In this document: positions 8,570 to 17,810 of the stretch, in pieces | How positions within the stretch are numbered: position 1 is the first letter of the stretch | Layout of the letters: the number at the start of each line of letters is the position of its first letter | DNA from: an uncultured Nitrospiraceae bacterium | Lineage (GTDB): Bacteria; Nitrospirota; Thermodesulfovibrionia; Thermodesulfovibrionales; Dissulfurispiraceae | DNA length: 64,000 nucleotides | Assembly: GCA_947085205.1 (NCBI GenBank) | Contig: CAMTVO010000001.1 | Span: 1 to 64,000, forward strand | Direction: 5' to 3' | Notes under the pieces: generated by a model | The model's database searches: none | Seen by the model: the letters and a program-made list of their open reading frames with translations, nothing else | Told to the model about the DNA's origin: nothing | Position numbers and translations under genes: made by a program

Positions 8570-10481
8570 GATCTACTCCGTTTGCAGGAATGGTTATAAT
8601 ACATCTTGTGCCTTTACCCGCCTCGCTTTGTAGTCTTATTTCACCACCGTGCTTTTTAATTATCCCGTAACTGATGGCAAGGCCGAGTCCTGTGCCCTCT
8701 CCCACTTCCTTTGTTGTAAAAAATGGATTAAATACCTTTTTTAAGTTCTCCTCCGGAATGCCGGTTCCTGTATCTGAAATTTCCACTACCGCATCTTCAC
8801 CCTTCATTTTTGTCATAATCCCTATATTTCCGCCCCTTCCTGTTGCGTGTATGGAATTCAGAATTATATTGGAGAATACCTGCTGCATCTGAGCCCTATC
8901 CACATAAATTTCTGGAATTTCCTTATATTCCTTATATACACCGATTCTTCTGTCCTGAATTTTATTATTAAGGCTGATAATTACCTCATCAATAAGGCCA
9001 GACAGGTTTTCTAAGGTTTTGTATAAAGGCATTTCCCTCGAAAAGTTAAGAAGTCCGGTAACTATACCCTCACATTTCTTTCCTTCTTTTATAATTGTAT
9101 CAATATCTGTATTCATAGCATTAATATCATAGCCTTTATTTTCCATATCCTCTCTAAGAAGCCTTGCTATGGAGATGATATTGCCCAGTGGATTGTTTAT
9201 CTCATGGGCAACACCTGCTGCCAGTTCTCCGATGGATGCCAGTTTTTCTGCCTGACACACCCTCGACTCAGCCTCTATTCTTTTGGCGATACTTTCTTTA
9301 AGCGCCTCGGACATGGAATTAAATCCCCTGGCCAGGTCCCCTATTTCATCTCCTGATGAAACATTAATCCTGTAGTCAAGATTACCGGAGCCTATCTCCT
9401 TTGCGCCCATGAAGAGAAGGCTTATGGGCCTTGTGAGCGTCTTTGAAAGCAAAACAGCGCTTATGGCTGAAGCTATCATGACGATGATGCCAACTGTAAG
9501 CATAACCTTTCTCTGCTTAATTACTGGGGCAAGTACTTTTCCTTTGTCAGCAACGGTTGCCATAAACCATCCCCTCTCCTGCGAGGCATATGGAGAATAA
9601 TACACAAATGCAATTAGTTCTTTAGATGAAGATGGATTATGGATACTACCTTTATCTTTGCTCATCAATTCTGTTGCCTCTGAATAATCCTTAAAGAAAT
9701 TGCCGCCTCTGCCTGTCTGATTTAAAAAACAGATATCAGTATCAGGATGGTATAAATATATCCCATGACGTTCTGTGTCGAGGAGGTTTTTCTCCGCAAG
9801 GAAGGAATAGCCATAATCTTTCCCTATAGTGTTGCTTACTATCTCTCCTATCCTCTGTCCCCAGATGTTTACGAGTAAAATCCCTGATAATACATTATCA
9901 AGATAGATAGGTGTAGCAATCCGTATCATTGGCGGGCAGAATTGATTATTATCAACGCCCAGTTCAAAATTAGACATCCACGCCTGTCCTTTTTTCAACC
10001 CCATCAATTCAGCAAAAAAATGCTTTTCAAAAAGGGAACCGACAGACATAACAGGCAATTCCGGATGCGCTCTGGCTTTATCAATAATCTTTAACTCTTT
10101 TACCTTTATAAGCACCTGCCCCTTTGTATCCACTACCCTTATGGCCTGAACCGCCTTCCTGTTTTTCTGGTATTGGAGAAAAAAATGCTCTATTAATTTT
10201 CGATTCCTTTCAAAATCACTATAATTTCCGTTTTTCAGGGAACCAAATAAATCACTTAACCACGGCAATTCAGCAATAGCCGCAACTTCATCCTTTTGGT
10301 CCTGCAGGAAATTATTCAGGTCTTCTGAGGAACGCTTGAGGGACAGTCTCAGTTCTCCTTCAACCTTATTTGTAAGGGCGCGGCTGCTTACTATATAACC
10401 GAAGACAAATACGGCAGTAGCGGATAAAATGGTTATACCCAAAAATGCAATCAGGAGTTTTTGACCGATTTTCAACTGCAT
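8562..10481 (-). CDS. Sensor histidine kinase (periplasmic Cache-like domain, HAMP, HisKA, HATPase)
   Basis: Two TM helices, AHEINNPL H-box, NPFFTTK and GTGLGL boxes; start chosen at MQLKIG. Confidence 0.92.
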   Translation of the reverse strand: MQLKIGQKLLIAFLGITILSATAVFVFGYIVSSRALTNKVEGELRLSLKRSSEDLNNFLQDQKDEVAAIAELPWLSDLFGSLKNGNYSDFERNRKLIEHFFLQYQKNRKAVQAIRVVDTKGQVLIKVKELKIIDKARAHPELPVMSVGSLFEKHFFAELMGLKKGQAWMSNFELGVDNNQFCPPMIRIATPIYLDNVLSGILLVNIWGQRIGEIVSNTIGKDYGYSFLAEKNLLDTERHGIYLYHPDTDICFLNQTGRGGNFFKDYSEATELMSKDKGSIHNPSSSKELIAFVYYSPYASQERGWFMATVADKGKVLAPVIKQRKVMLTVGIIVMIASAISAVLLSKTLTRPISLLFMGAKEIGSGNLDYRINVSSGDEIGDLARGFNSMSEALKESIAKRIEAESRVCQAEKLASIGELAAGVAHEINNPLGNIISIARLLREDMENKGYDINAMNTDIDTIIKEGKKCEGIVTGLLNFSREMPLYKTLENLSGLIDEVIISLNNKIQDRRIGVYKEYKEIPEIYVDRAQMQQVFSNIILNSIHATGRGGNIGIMTKMKGEDAVVEISDTGTGIPEENLKKVFNPFFTTKEVGEGTGLGLAISYGIIKKHGGEIRLQSEAGKGTRCIITIPANGVDHA

Positions 10482-10776
10482 AGATTTTAAATAAAGTTTA
10501 ACATATATGCAGACTTCAGAAGTTTTCATTCAGTCCTGAAAAAAGTTTCAAAAAAGAATAAAATAAAAAATAACTATGATAGAATCACGAGATTCTCTGA
10601 CAATAACCAAGCAGGAATACTGACCATAAAATTATGGATGCCCAAGAGGAGATACAGAAAATTTTATTTTTAAATCCAAAAAATTGCAAAAAAGCTTAAA
10701 AATATCTAAAAATTTGAGATAATCTGAAATATTTAGCCATAACCATCCTTGCCTCTACACCCCTTTTACAGATATA

Positions 10777-10803
10777 TTAGCACTCGTCTGATGAGAGTGC
10801 TAA
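10777..10803. promoter_or_regulatory. CIRCE element (HrcA operator)
   Basis: TTAGCACTC-N9-GAGTGCTAA exact consensus upstream of groES. Confidence 0.97.
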
Positions 10804-10887
10804 TAGAATTAGACCGGTGATTTCAGGTTTATGTTTTAAATCTGAAATCAAAAACCAAAAATTTTAAACCGATCAAAGGAGGTATGT

Positions 10888-11151
10888 ATGAAGATCAAAC
10901 CGCTTAAGGACAGGGTAGTCGTGAAGTACTCTGAAGAGGAAATCGAAAAGACCGCAGGCGGCATTTATGTGCCTGATGTGGCTAAAGAGAAGCCACAGAA
11001 GGGTACTGTAGAAGCCGTGGGTTCAGAGGTCAAGGAAGTAAAGGCAGGCAATACCGTGCTCTTCGACAAGTATTCTGGCTCAAAAACCAAACTCAATGAT
11101 ACAGAATACTTAATTATCAAAGAAGAAGACATCTTAGGAATAATCGAGTAA
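10888..11151 (+). CDS. groES: Co-chaperonin GroES
   Basis: [29 protein letters not shown]. Confidence 0.97.
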   Translation: MKIKPLKDRVVVKYSEEEIEKTAGGIYVPDVAKEKPQKGTVEAVGSEVKEVKAGNTVLFDKYSGSKTKLNDTEYLIIKEEDILGIIE

Positions 11152-11172
11152 AGGAAAAGGAGGAGATAAAAT

Positions 11173-12804
11173 ATGGCAGCAAAACAGCTATTGTTCGATG
11201 AGACAGCAAGACATGCGATTTTAAAAGGTGTGAATGTTTTAACCGATGCAGTAAAGGCGACACTTGGCCCCAGGGGTAGAAATGTAATAATCGACAGGAA
11301 ATTCGGCGCGCCAAACATCACCAAGGACGGCGTAACAGTTGCAAAGGAAATCGAATTGAAAGACCCCTATGAGAACATGGGCGCACAGCTTCTGAGAGAG
11401 GTTGCATCCAAGACCTCTGATGTGGCAGGAGACGGAACAACAACTGCAACTGTTCTTGCCTATGCGATTTATAAAGAAGGCATGAGGCATGTAACTGCAG
11501 GCGCCAATGCAATTGACCTAAAAAGAGGCATTGACAAGGCGGTTGAGGCTGTCATAGACGAATTAAAGAAAATGAGCAAGCCTGTTGCCGAAAAGAAAGA
11601 GATAGCGCAGGTCGGAACAATCTCGGCAAATAATGATCCGTCCATCGGAGAGCTTATCGCCGAGGCAATGGACAAGGTCGGCAAAGACGGCGTAATCACA
11701 GTTGAAGAAGCGAAGAGCATGGCCACAACCCTCGATGTAGTAGAGGGAATGCAGTTCGACAGAGGTTATATCTCACCATATTTCATTACAGACCCGGAGA
11801 GAATGGAATGCACCCTTGATGATGTCTTTATACTCATCCATGACAAAAAGATCTCAAGCATGAAGGACCTCCTTCCGATTCTTGAGCAGATTGCAAAGAT
11901 GGGAAAGCCGATGCTCATAATTTCAGAAGAGGTCGAAGGAGAAGCCCTTGCAACACTGGTAGTCAACAAGCTCCGCGGAACACTCCAGATATGCGCAGTA
12001 AAGGCGCCTGGTTTCGGCGACAGGAGAAAGGCAATGCTTGAGGATATAGCAATCCTTACAGGCGGAACAGTCATATCGGAGGACATAGGCCTCAAGCTCG
12101 AGAATGTGAAGCTCAATGACCTCGGCAGGGCAAGAAAGATAACAGTAGACAAGGAAAATACAACAATAGTCGAAGGCGCAGGAGACCACGCAACGATTCA
12201 GGGCAGGGTAAAACAGATCAAGGCCCAGGTAGAGGAGACAACATCCGACTATGACAGGGAAAAGCTTCAAGAGAGGCTCGCAAAGCTCGTAGGCGGAGTA
12301 GCAGTCATTAATGTCGGCGCTGCAACAGAGTCGGAGATGAAAGAGAAAAAGGCAAGAGTCGAAGACGCACTCCATGCCACAAGGGCGGCAGTTGAAGAAG
12401 GTATCGTCCCAGGCGGAGGAGTCGCTCTCTTAAGATGTATCAAGGCGCTGGATAAAATGAAATTGGACCACGACCAGCAGTTGGGCGTGACCATCGTCAA
12501 AAAGTCCATGGAAGAGCCGATAAGGCAGATCATACAGAATGCAGGAATAGAGGCATCCATTATTGTTGAGAAGGTTAAAGAATCAAAGGATGTCAATTAT
12601 GGATATGATGCATACAGAGAGGACTATACGGACATGCTGAAGGCAGGAATCATTGATCCGACAAAGGTCACAAGATATGCCCTTCAGAATGCAGCATCTG
12701 TTGCCGGCCTTATGCTCACAACAGCGGTCATGATTACAGATCTCCCAGAGGAAGAAAAGAAGATGCCTCACATGCCGGGCGGTGGAATGGAAGGAATGTA
12801 CTAA
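11173..12804 (+). CDS. groEL: Chaperonin GroEL
   Basis: [20 protein letters not shown] tail. Confidence 0.99.
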   Translation: MAAKQLLFDETARHAILKGVNVLTDAVKATLGPRGRNVIIDRKFGAPNITKDGVTVAKEIELKDPYENMGAQLLREVASKTSDVAGDGTTTATVLAYAIYKEGMRHVTAGANAIDLKRGIDKAVEAVIDELKKMSKPVAEKKEIAQVGTISANNDPSIGELIAEAMDKVGKDGVITVEEAKSMATTLDVVEGMQFDRGYISPYFITDPERMECTLDDVFILIHDKKISSMKDLLPILEQIAKMGKPMLIISEEVEGEALATLVVNKLRGTLQICAVKAPGFGDRRKAMLEDIAILTGGTVISEDIGLKLENVKLNDLGRARKITVDKENTTIVEGAGDHATIQGRVKQIKAQVEETTSDYDREKLQERLAKLVGGVAVINVGAATESEMKEKKARVEDALHATRAAVEEGIVPGGGVALLRCIKALDKMKLDHDQQLGVTIVKKSMEEPIRQIIQNAGIEASIIVEKVKESKDVNYGYDAYREDYTDMLKAGIIDPTKVTRYALQNAASVAGLMLTTAVMITDLPEEEKKMPHMPGGGMEGMY

Positions 12805-12820
12805 AAAACAATAGGCAGAA

Positions 12821-12940
12821 TTAGAGCGACAGTTCGGCAGTGCGACATAGTGCGACATAGTGCGACAGTTCGGCAGTGCGACAGTTAAATTATGGAAAAA
12901 TTTATTCCTTATAAAAAACTGTCGTTCTGTCGCTCTACTG
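12821..12940. repeat. GCGACAG element, copy 2 (reverse orientation)
   Basis: Reverse complement of the core in copy 1; 10-bp AGTGCGACAT tandem. Confidence 0.88.
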
Positions 12941-13034
12941 TTCTAATTGTAGTTTTAATCCCCAATCTGTTATCCTAAGTGTATCGAAAAAATCATGTCT
13001 GAATAACATACCGAAAAAACACTCATAAGAATCG

Positions 13035-14102
13035 ATGTTAAAGGTGTTCAAGATGAAACCCAATATCAAATTAATCGCAGTAGCCATTTCTTTTCTTTTT
13101 CTGTCATACACAGGCATTCAGATCTTTGTGCCGTCGAATATAGGCGGCAAACAGATAGAGATAGAAATACCAGAAGGGGCGACATACAAACAGGCGATAC
13201 ATATCCTCGCAAAGAACAACCTCATACGGGACAGAAATCTATTCATAGTCATCGGGAAGATAGTGGGTCTCGACAGGAAGGTAAGAGCTGGATACTACGT
13301 ATTCTGGGGAAATATGAGCCCTCTGCAAGTTTTTAGAAAACTAAAAACAGGCAAGATTATCGAAAACGAGATAACAATAGTGGAAGGCGACAGCCTTCTG
13401 GAGATAGGCAAAAAACTTGTCTCCAATAAGATTATGTCAAGGGAAGACTTTAATGCGCTTACAACAGACAAGAGCTTTCTGAAATCCCTCGATATCGAAT
13501 CGCCGAGTCTCGAAGGCTATCTCTATCCGCAGACCTATAAATTTCCTAAAGGAGCAAAGCATGCTTCGGTATTAAAACTGATGGTAAATAAACTGAAGGA
13601 TGAATTTAGCGATGAGTTGATGGATAGGGCCGAAGAAATAGGCTGGAGCAAAAATGAGGTCTTGACCCTTGCGTCGATTATAGAAAGAGAAGCCAAAATA
13701 GACGAAGAGAGGCCTTTAATTTCCGCTGTTTATCATAACAGGATAAAAAGGGGAATGCCTTTGCAGGCAGACCCGACGGCAATTTACGGCGTTAAAAGCT
13801 ACAGGCATAAAATAACGAGGAACGACCTGAGAAAAAAGACAGCTTATAACACCTATGTAATAAAAGGACTGCCTCCAGGCCCCATAGCGTCGCCGAGCAT
13901 ACAATCCATAAAGGCTGCGTTATATCCGGCAAAAGCGCCTTATCTTTACTTTGTTTCGAAAAAAGACGGGACCCACCACTTCTCCAAAACACTCTCGGAG
14001 CATAATGCTGCCATAAAGCGGATTAAGGCAATGAGAGAGTCTGCAAGGCTTAAAAAAGAAAACCTTTCTGCAACTAATATCTCGGAAGATGAGAAAGGGT
14101 AG
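13035..14102 (+). CDS. mltG: Endolytic transglycosylase MltG
   Basis: LEGYLYPQTY, LASIIEREA, LQADPT, YNTY..GLPPGPI. Confidence 0.95.
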   Translation: MLKVFKMKPNIKLIAVAISFLFLSYTGIQIFVPSNIGGKQIEIEIPEGATYKQAIHILAKNNLIRDRNLFIVIGKIVGLDRKVRAGYYVFWGNMSPLQVFRKLKTGKIIENEITIVEGDSLLEIGKKLVSNKIMSREDFNALTTDKSFLKSLDIESPSLEGYLYPQTYKFPKGAKHASVLKLMVNKLKDEFSDELMDRAEEIGWSKNEVLTLASIIEREAKIDEERPLISAVYHNRIKRGMPLQADPTAIYGVKSYRHKITRNDLRKKTAYNTYVIKGLPPGPIASPSIQSIKAALYPAKAPYLYFVSKKDGTHHFSKTLSEHNAAIKRIKAMRESARLKKENLSATNISEDEKG

Positions 14103-15150
14103 AAAAAATACAAGACAAATTCATGTCGGCAGTGTGGCGGTGGGCGGCGGAAGTCCAATCTCCGTGCAGTCAATGACAAAGACGGATACGAGGGATGTGA
14201 ATGCAACTGTTCAGCAAATACTCGCCCTTGAGTCTGCAGGCTGCGAGATTATCAGACTTGCAGTGCCTGATATGGAAGCGGCACAGGCTCTCGGTTCGAT
14301 AAAAAGAGATGTTAATATCCCGATTATCGCAGATATACATTTTGATTGGAGGCTTGCCCTCGAAGCAATCAGACAGGGAGTGGACGGGCTGAGGCTCAAT
14401 CCCGGAAATATAGGGGCAAAGCGGAAGGTCAAAGAAGTTGTTCTGGCTGCAAAAGAAAAGAATATCCCCATAAGAATCGGCGTGAATGCAGGCTCATTGG
14501 AAAAGGAATTACTGCAGAAATACGGACATCCAACATCAGAGGCGCTCGTGGAAAGCGCTGAAGGACATATAAGGATATTAGAAGAACTTGACTTCCAGAA
14601 CATAAAGGTATCCCTGAAGGCGTCCAATGTGATGAGGACGGTGGATGCATATAGGCTGTTTTCCGAAAAATACGATTATCCCCTTCACATTGGCATTTCA
14701 GAGGCAGGCCCTCCATTCAGCGGCATGATAAAAAGCGCAGTAGGCCTCGGCATATTGCTCTCTGAAGGCATTGGGGATACAGTCAGAGTCTCTCTAACAG
14801 CAGAGCCCGAAGAAGAAGTAAGGGTCGCCTACGAAATCCTGAAGTCACTTGGATTAAGACAGAGGGGGCCGGAAATAATCTCATGCCCGACCTGCGGTAG
14901 GTGTCAGATAGACCTAATGCCTCTTGCACAAAAAGTAGAAACAGCCTTGAAGGAAGTCAAAAAACCCATAAGCGTGGCTGTCATGGGATGCGTTGTAAAC
15001 GGTCCGGGTGAAGCAGGAGAGGCAGACTTTGGCATAGCTGGCGGCAAGGGTATGGGACTTGTTTTCAAGAAAGGGGAAGTGGTAAAAAAAGTAAAGGAAG
15101 AGGAGTTGCTGGCGACACTGATAGAATTAATAAACAGTGAGAATACATAA
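14089..15150 (+). CDS. ispG: HMBPP synthase IspG
   Basis: VQSMT, ADIHFD, RIGVNAGSL, SCPTCGR, MGCVVNGPGEA. Confidence 0.97.
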   Translation: MRKGRKNTRQIHVGSVAVGGGSPISVQSMTKTDTRDVNATVQQILALESAGCEIIRLAVPDMEAAQALGSIKRDVNIPIIADIHFDWRLALEAIRQGVDGLRLNPGNIGAKRKVKEVVLAAKEKNIPIRIGVNAGSLEKELLQKYGHPTSEALVESAEGHIRILEELDFQNIKVSLKASNVMRTVDAYRLFSEKYDYPLHIGISEAGPPFSGMIKSAVGLGILLSEGIGDTVRVSLTAEPEEEVRVAYEILKSLGLRQRGPEIISCPTCGRCQIDLMPLAQKVETALKEVKKPISVAVMGCVVNGPGEAGEADFGIAGGKGMGLVFKKGEVVKKVKEEELLATLIELINSENT

Positions 15151-15187
15151 TTTTATAACCCAATGCTCCATTACTCCATAATATATT

Positions 15188-15955
15188 ATGTTTACCCTCA
15201 ACAGTATAAGGGACATCCGGATTTATCAAAACAAAAACGGCTACAGATTTTCTGTTGACGCACTTCTGCTGTTTTCATTTATTAACCTGCCGAGAGTAAA
15301 AAAAATCGCCGATTTGGGCGCAGGCTCAGGGATTATCGGAATACTCCTCGCAAAGAAATATCCGGAATCAGAGGGCACATTAATCGAGCTTCAGGCAAGT
15401 CTTGCAAAACTTGCAAAAAGAAATATCATTTTGAACAATCTTGCTGAAAGGGTAAAGGTTATTAAGGCAGATGTGAAAGAGTTTGGAGTTAAGAGTTTAG
15501 AGTTGAAATACGATAATCACTTCAGATTCAAAACTCATAACTCCGAACTCATAACTCTGAACTCTTTTGACCTTGTTGTCTCAAACCCTCCTTTCAGGAA
15601 AACAAATACAGGACTTCTCAGCATAGGCGATGAAAAGGCCATTGCAAGGCATGAAATCAAGCTCTCTTTGAAAGATTTATTAAAAGCATCATCATCTCTT
15701 TTAAAGCATCACGGAAGGCTCTGTATAATCCACCTGCCCGAGAGACTGACTGAAATAATCGGTACAATGAAAGAAAACGGTTTAGAGCCGAAGCGCCTTC
15801 GATTTGTCCATTCACACACATATTCAGAGGCAAAGATGGTTTTGATAGAGGCGGTTAAAGGAGGAAGAACGGGACTGAAAACTAAAAAACCACTTTTCAT
15901 TTATAATGAAGACGGAACCTATACGGATGAGATGAGAGATATTTATGGCTGTTGA
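15188..15955 (+). CDS. tRNA1(Val) A37 N6-methyltransferase-like SAM methyltransferase, with an in-frame repeat insertion
   Basis: GYRFSVDALLL, DLGAGSG, SNPPF, ARHE. Confidence 0.85.
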   Translation: MFTLNSIRDIRIYQNKNGYRFSVDALLLFSFINLPRVKKIADLGAGSGIIGILLAKKYPESEGTLIELQASLAKLAKRNIILNNLAERVKVIKADVKEFGVKSLELKYDNHFRFKTHNSELITLNSFDLVVSNPPFRKTNTGLLSIGDEKAIARHEIKLSLKDLLKASSSLLKHHGRLCIIHLPERLTEIIGTMKENGLEPKRLRFVHSHTYSEAKMVLIEAVKGGRTGLKTKKPLFIYNEDGTYTDEMRDIYGC

Positions 15956-15986
15956 CTTTAGTCTCCTCATCCATTAATTTACTTAT

Positions 15987-16964
15987 ATGCTTTCATACAT
16001 ACTGAAACGTCTTTTGTTAATGATTCCGCTTATTTTCGGGATAACCCTTATTACATTTGCCGTCATCCATCTTGCACCCGGGGGGCCTGTTGAGGTGGAA
16101 ACAGAGATGCAACTAAAGGCATCCGCACAGGCGAGGGAAAATCTCAAAAGACTGTACGGACTCGACAAACCATTACATATTCAATATCTCGACTGGCTAA
16201 AAAGGTTTGTAAAACTCGACTTCGGCAAATCCTTTGTCGACGGCAAAAAGGTTGTTGACAAAATCAAAGAGAGGATTCCTGTCACGTTGACCATCAACAT
16301 GCTCTCTTTAATCCTCATAATGATTATCGCCATTCCCATAGGCGTATTGTCGGCAACAAAGCAATACTCGCTCTTCGACAAACTGACAACTGTATTTGTC
16401 TTTGTGGGCTTCTCGACACCTACCTTCTGGCTCGCATTAATACTTATGATTATTTTCGGAGTAACTCTTGGACTACTTCCAATCTCAGGAATACAGAGCA
16501 TTGATGTGTCAGGAATGACAAAGATGGAAAGATTATTGGATTGGGCAAGGCATCTTATACTGCCGGTGGGTTTGAGCGCATTCGGAGGCATAGCAGGACT
16601 GAGCAGATACAGCCGTTCGAGCATGCTTGAGGTCATAAGGCAAGATTATATAAGAACTGCTCGGGCAAAAGGACTGAATGAGTCGGATGTGATAATCCAT
16701 CATGCATTGAGAAATGCCCTAATGCCTGTTGTAACTATTCTCGGGCTTTCTGTCCCCGGACTTATCGGCGGCAGCGTCATATTCGAGACCATTTTTGCAA
16801 TACCCGGCATGGGACAGTTGTTTTACTCGTCAGCCATGGCAAGGGATTACCCGACAATTATGGGAATACTCGTTATCGGTGCGGTGTTAACATTAATCGG
16901 CAATCTCATTGCAGATGTTTCTTATGCAATGGTTGACCCGAGGATAAGGGTAAAGGGGAAATAA
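15987..16964 (+). CDS. Peptide/nickel ABC transporter permease (DppB/OppB family)
   Basis: [27 protein letters not shown]. Confidence 0.93.
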   Translation: MLSYILKRLLLMIPLIFGITLITFAVIHLAPGGPVEVETEMQLKASAQARENLKRLYGLDKPLHIQYLDWLKRFVKLDFGKSFVDGKKVVDKIKERIPVTLTINMLSLILIMIIAIPIGVLSATKQYSLFDKLTTVFVFVGFSTPTFWLALILMIIFGVTLGLLPISGIQSIDVSGMTKMERLLDWARHLILPVGLSAFGGIAGLSRYSRSSMLEVIRQDYIRTARAKGLNESDVIIHHALRNALMPVVTILGLSVPGLIGGSVIFETIFAIPGMGQLFYSSAMARDYPTIMGILVIGAVLTLIGNLIADVSYAMVDPRIRVKGK

Positions 16965-17810
16965 ATGCTCAAGATAATCTGGAAAAGATTTAAGAAAAAC
17001 CCTCTGTCCGTTGCAGGGCTTGCGGTAATTTTCTCGCTTGCAAGCATTGCATTGCTTGCGCCGTTAATTTCTCCGTATGAGCCTACAAAGATTGATGTTT
17101 ATAATGTCCTCTCTCCTCCAAACGCTGCGCATCCCTTCGGAACAGACGAACTCGGAAGGGACCTGCTTTCGAGGATGATATGGGGCAGCCGCGCATCCCT
17201 TAAGGTGGGATTCATTGCCGTAGGTATCGCCATTACCATAGGAACTATTTTAGGAGCAATAGCAGGCTACTACGGCGGCAAAATCGACACTGTGCTTATG
17301 AGGTTCGTCGATATAATGCTTGCATTCCCGACTTTCTTTCTCATTCTTGCAGTAATAGCTATTGTAGAGCCGAGCATTTCCACTATAATGATTATCATCG
17401 GGCTCACAGGCTGGATGGATGTTGCAAGACTTGTAAGGGCAGAGTTTCTGACGCTTAAAGAGAGGGACTTTATATTTGCTGCCAGAACAATTGGCGCAAG
17501 CGATTTTCGCCTGATATTCAGGCATATAATACCCAATGCCCTTTCTCCTGTATTTGTCGCCGCGACCTTCGGCATTGCAGGCGCAATACTTGTGGAATCA
17601 GGACTCTCTTTCCTCGGTCTCGGTGTGCAGCCTCCGGAGCCGAGCTGGGGAAATATCCTCACATCGGGAAAGGATAATATAACAGTTGCGTGGTGGTTGT
17701 CCCTGTTCCCCGGCTTTGCAATTCTAATCACTGTCTTGAGTTACAACCTCGTTGGAGAAGGACTAAGAGATGCAATTGACCCGAGATTATGGACTTCAAC
17801 ATCTTCCTGA
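16965..17810 (+). CDS. Peptide/nickel ABC transporter permease (DppC/OppC family)
   Basis: HPFGTDELGRD, LSFLGLGVQPPEPSWG, GEGLRDA. Confidence 0.93.
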   Translation: MLKIIWKRFKKNPLSVAGLAVIFSLASIALLAPLISPYEPTKIDVYNVLSPPNAAHPFGTDELGRDLLSRMIWGSRASLKVGFIAVGIAITIGTILGAIAGYYGGKIDTVLMRFVDIMLAFPTFFLILAVIAIVEPSISTIMIIIGLTGWMDVARLVRAEFLTLKERDFIFAARTIGASDFRLIFRHIIPNALSPVFVAATFGIAGAILVESGLSFLGLGVQPPEPSWGNILTSGKDNITVAWWLSLFPGFAILITVLSYNLVGEGLRDAIDPRLWTSTSS

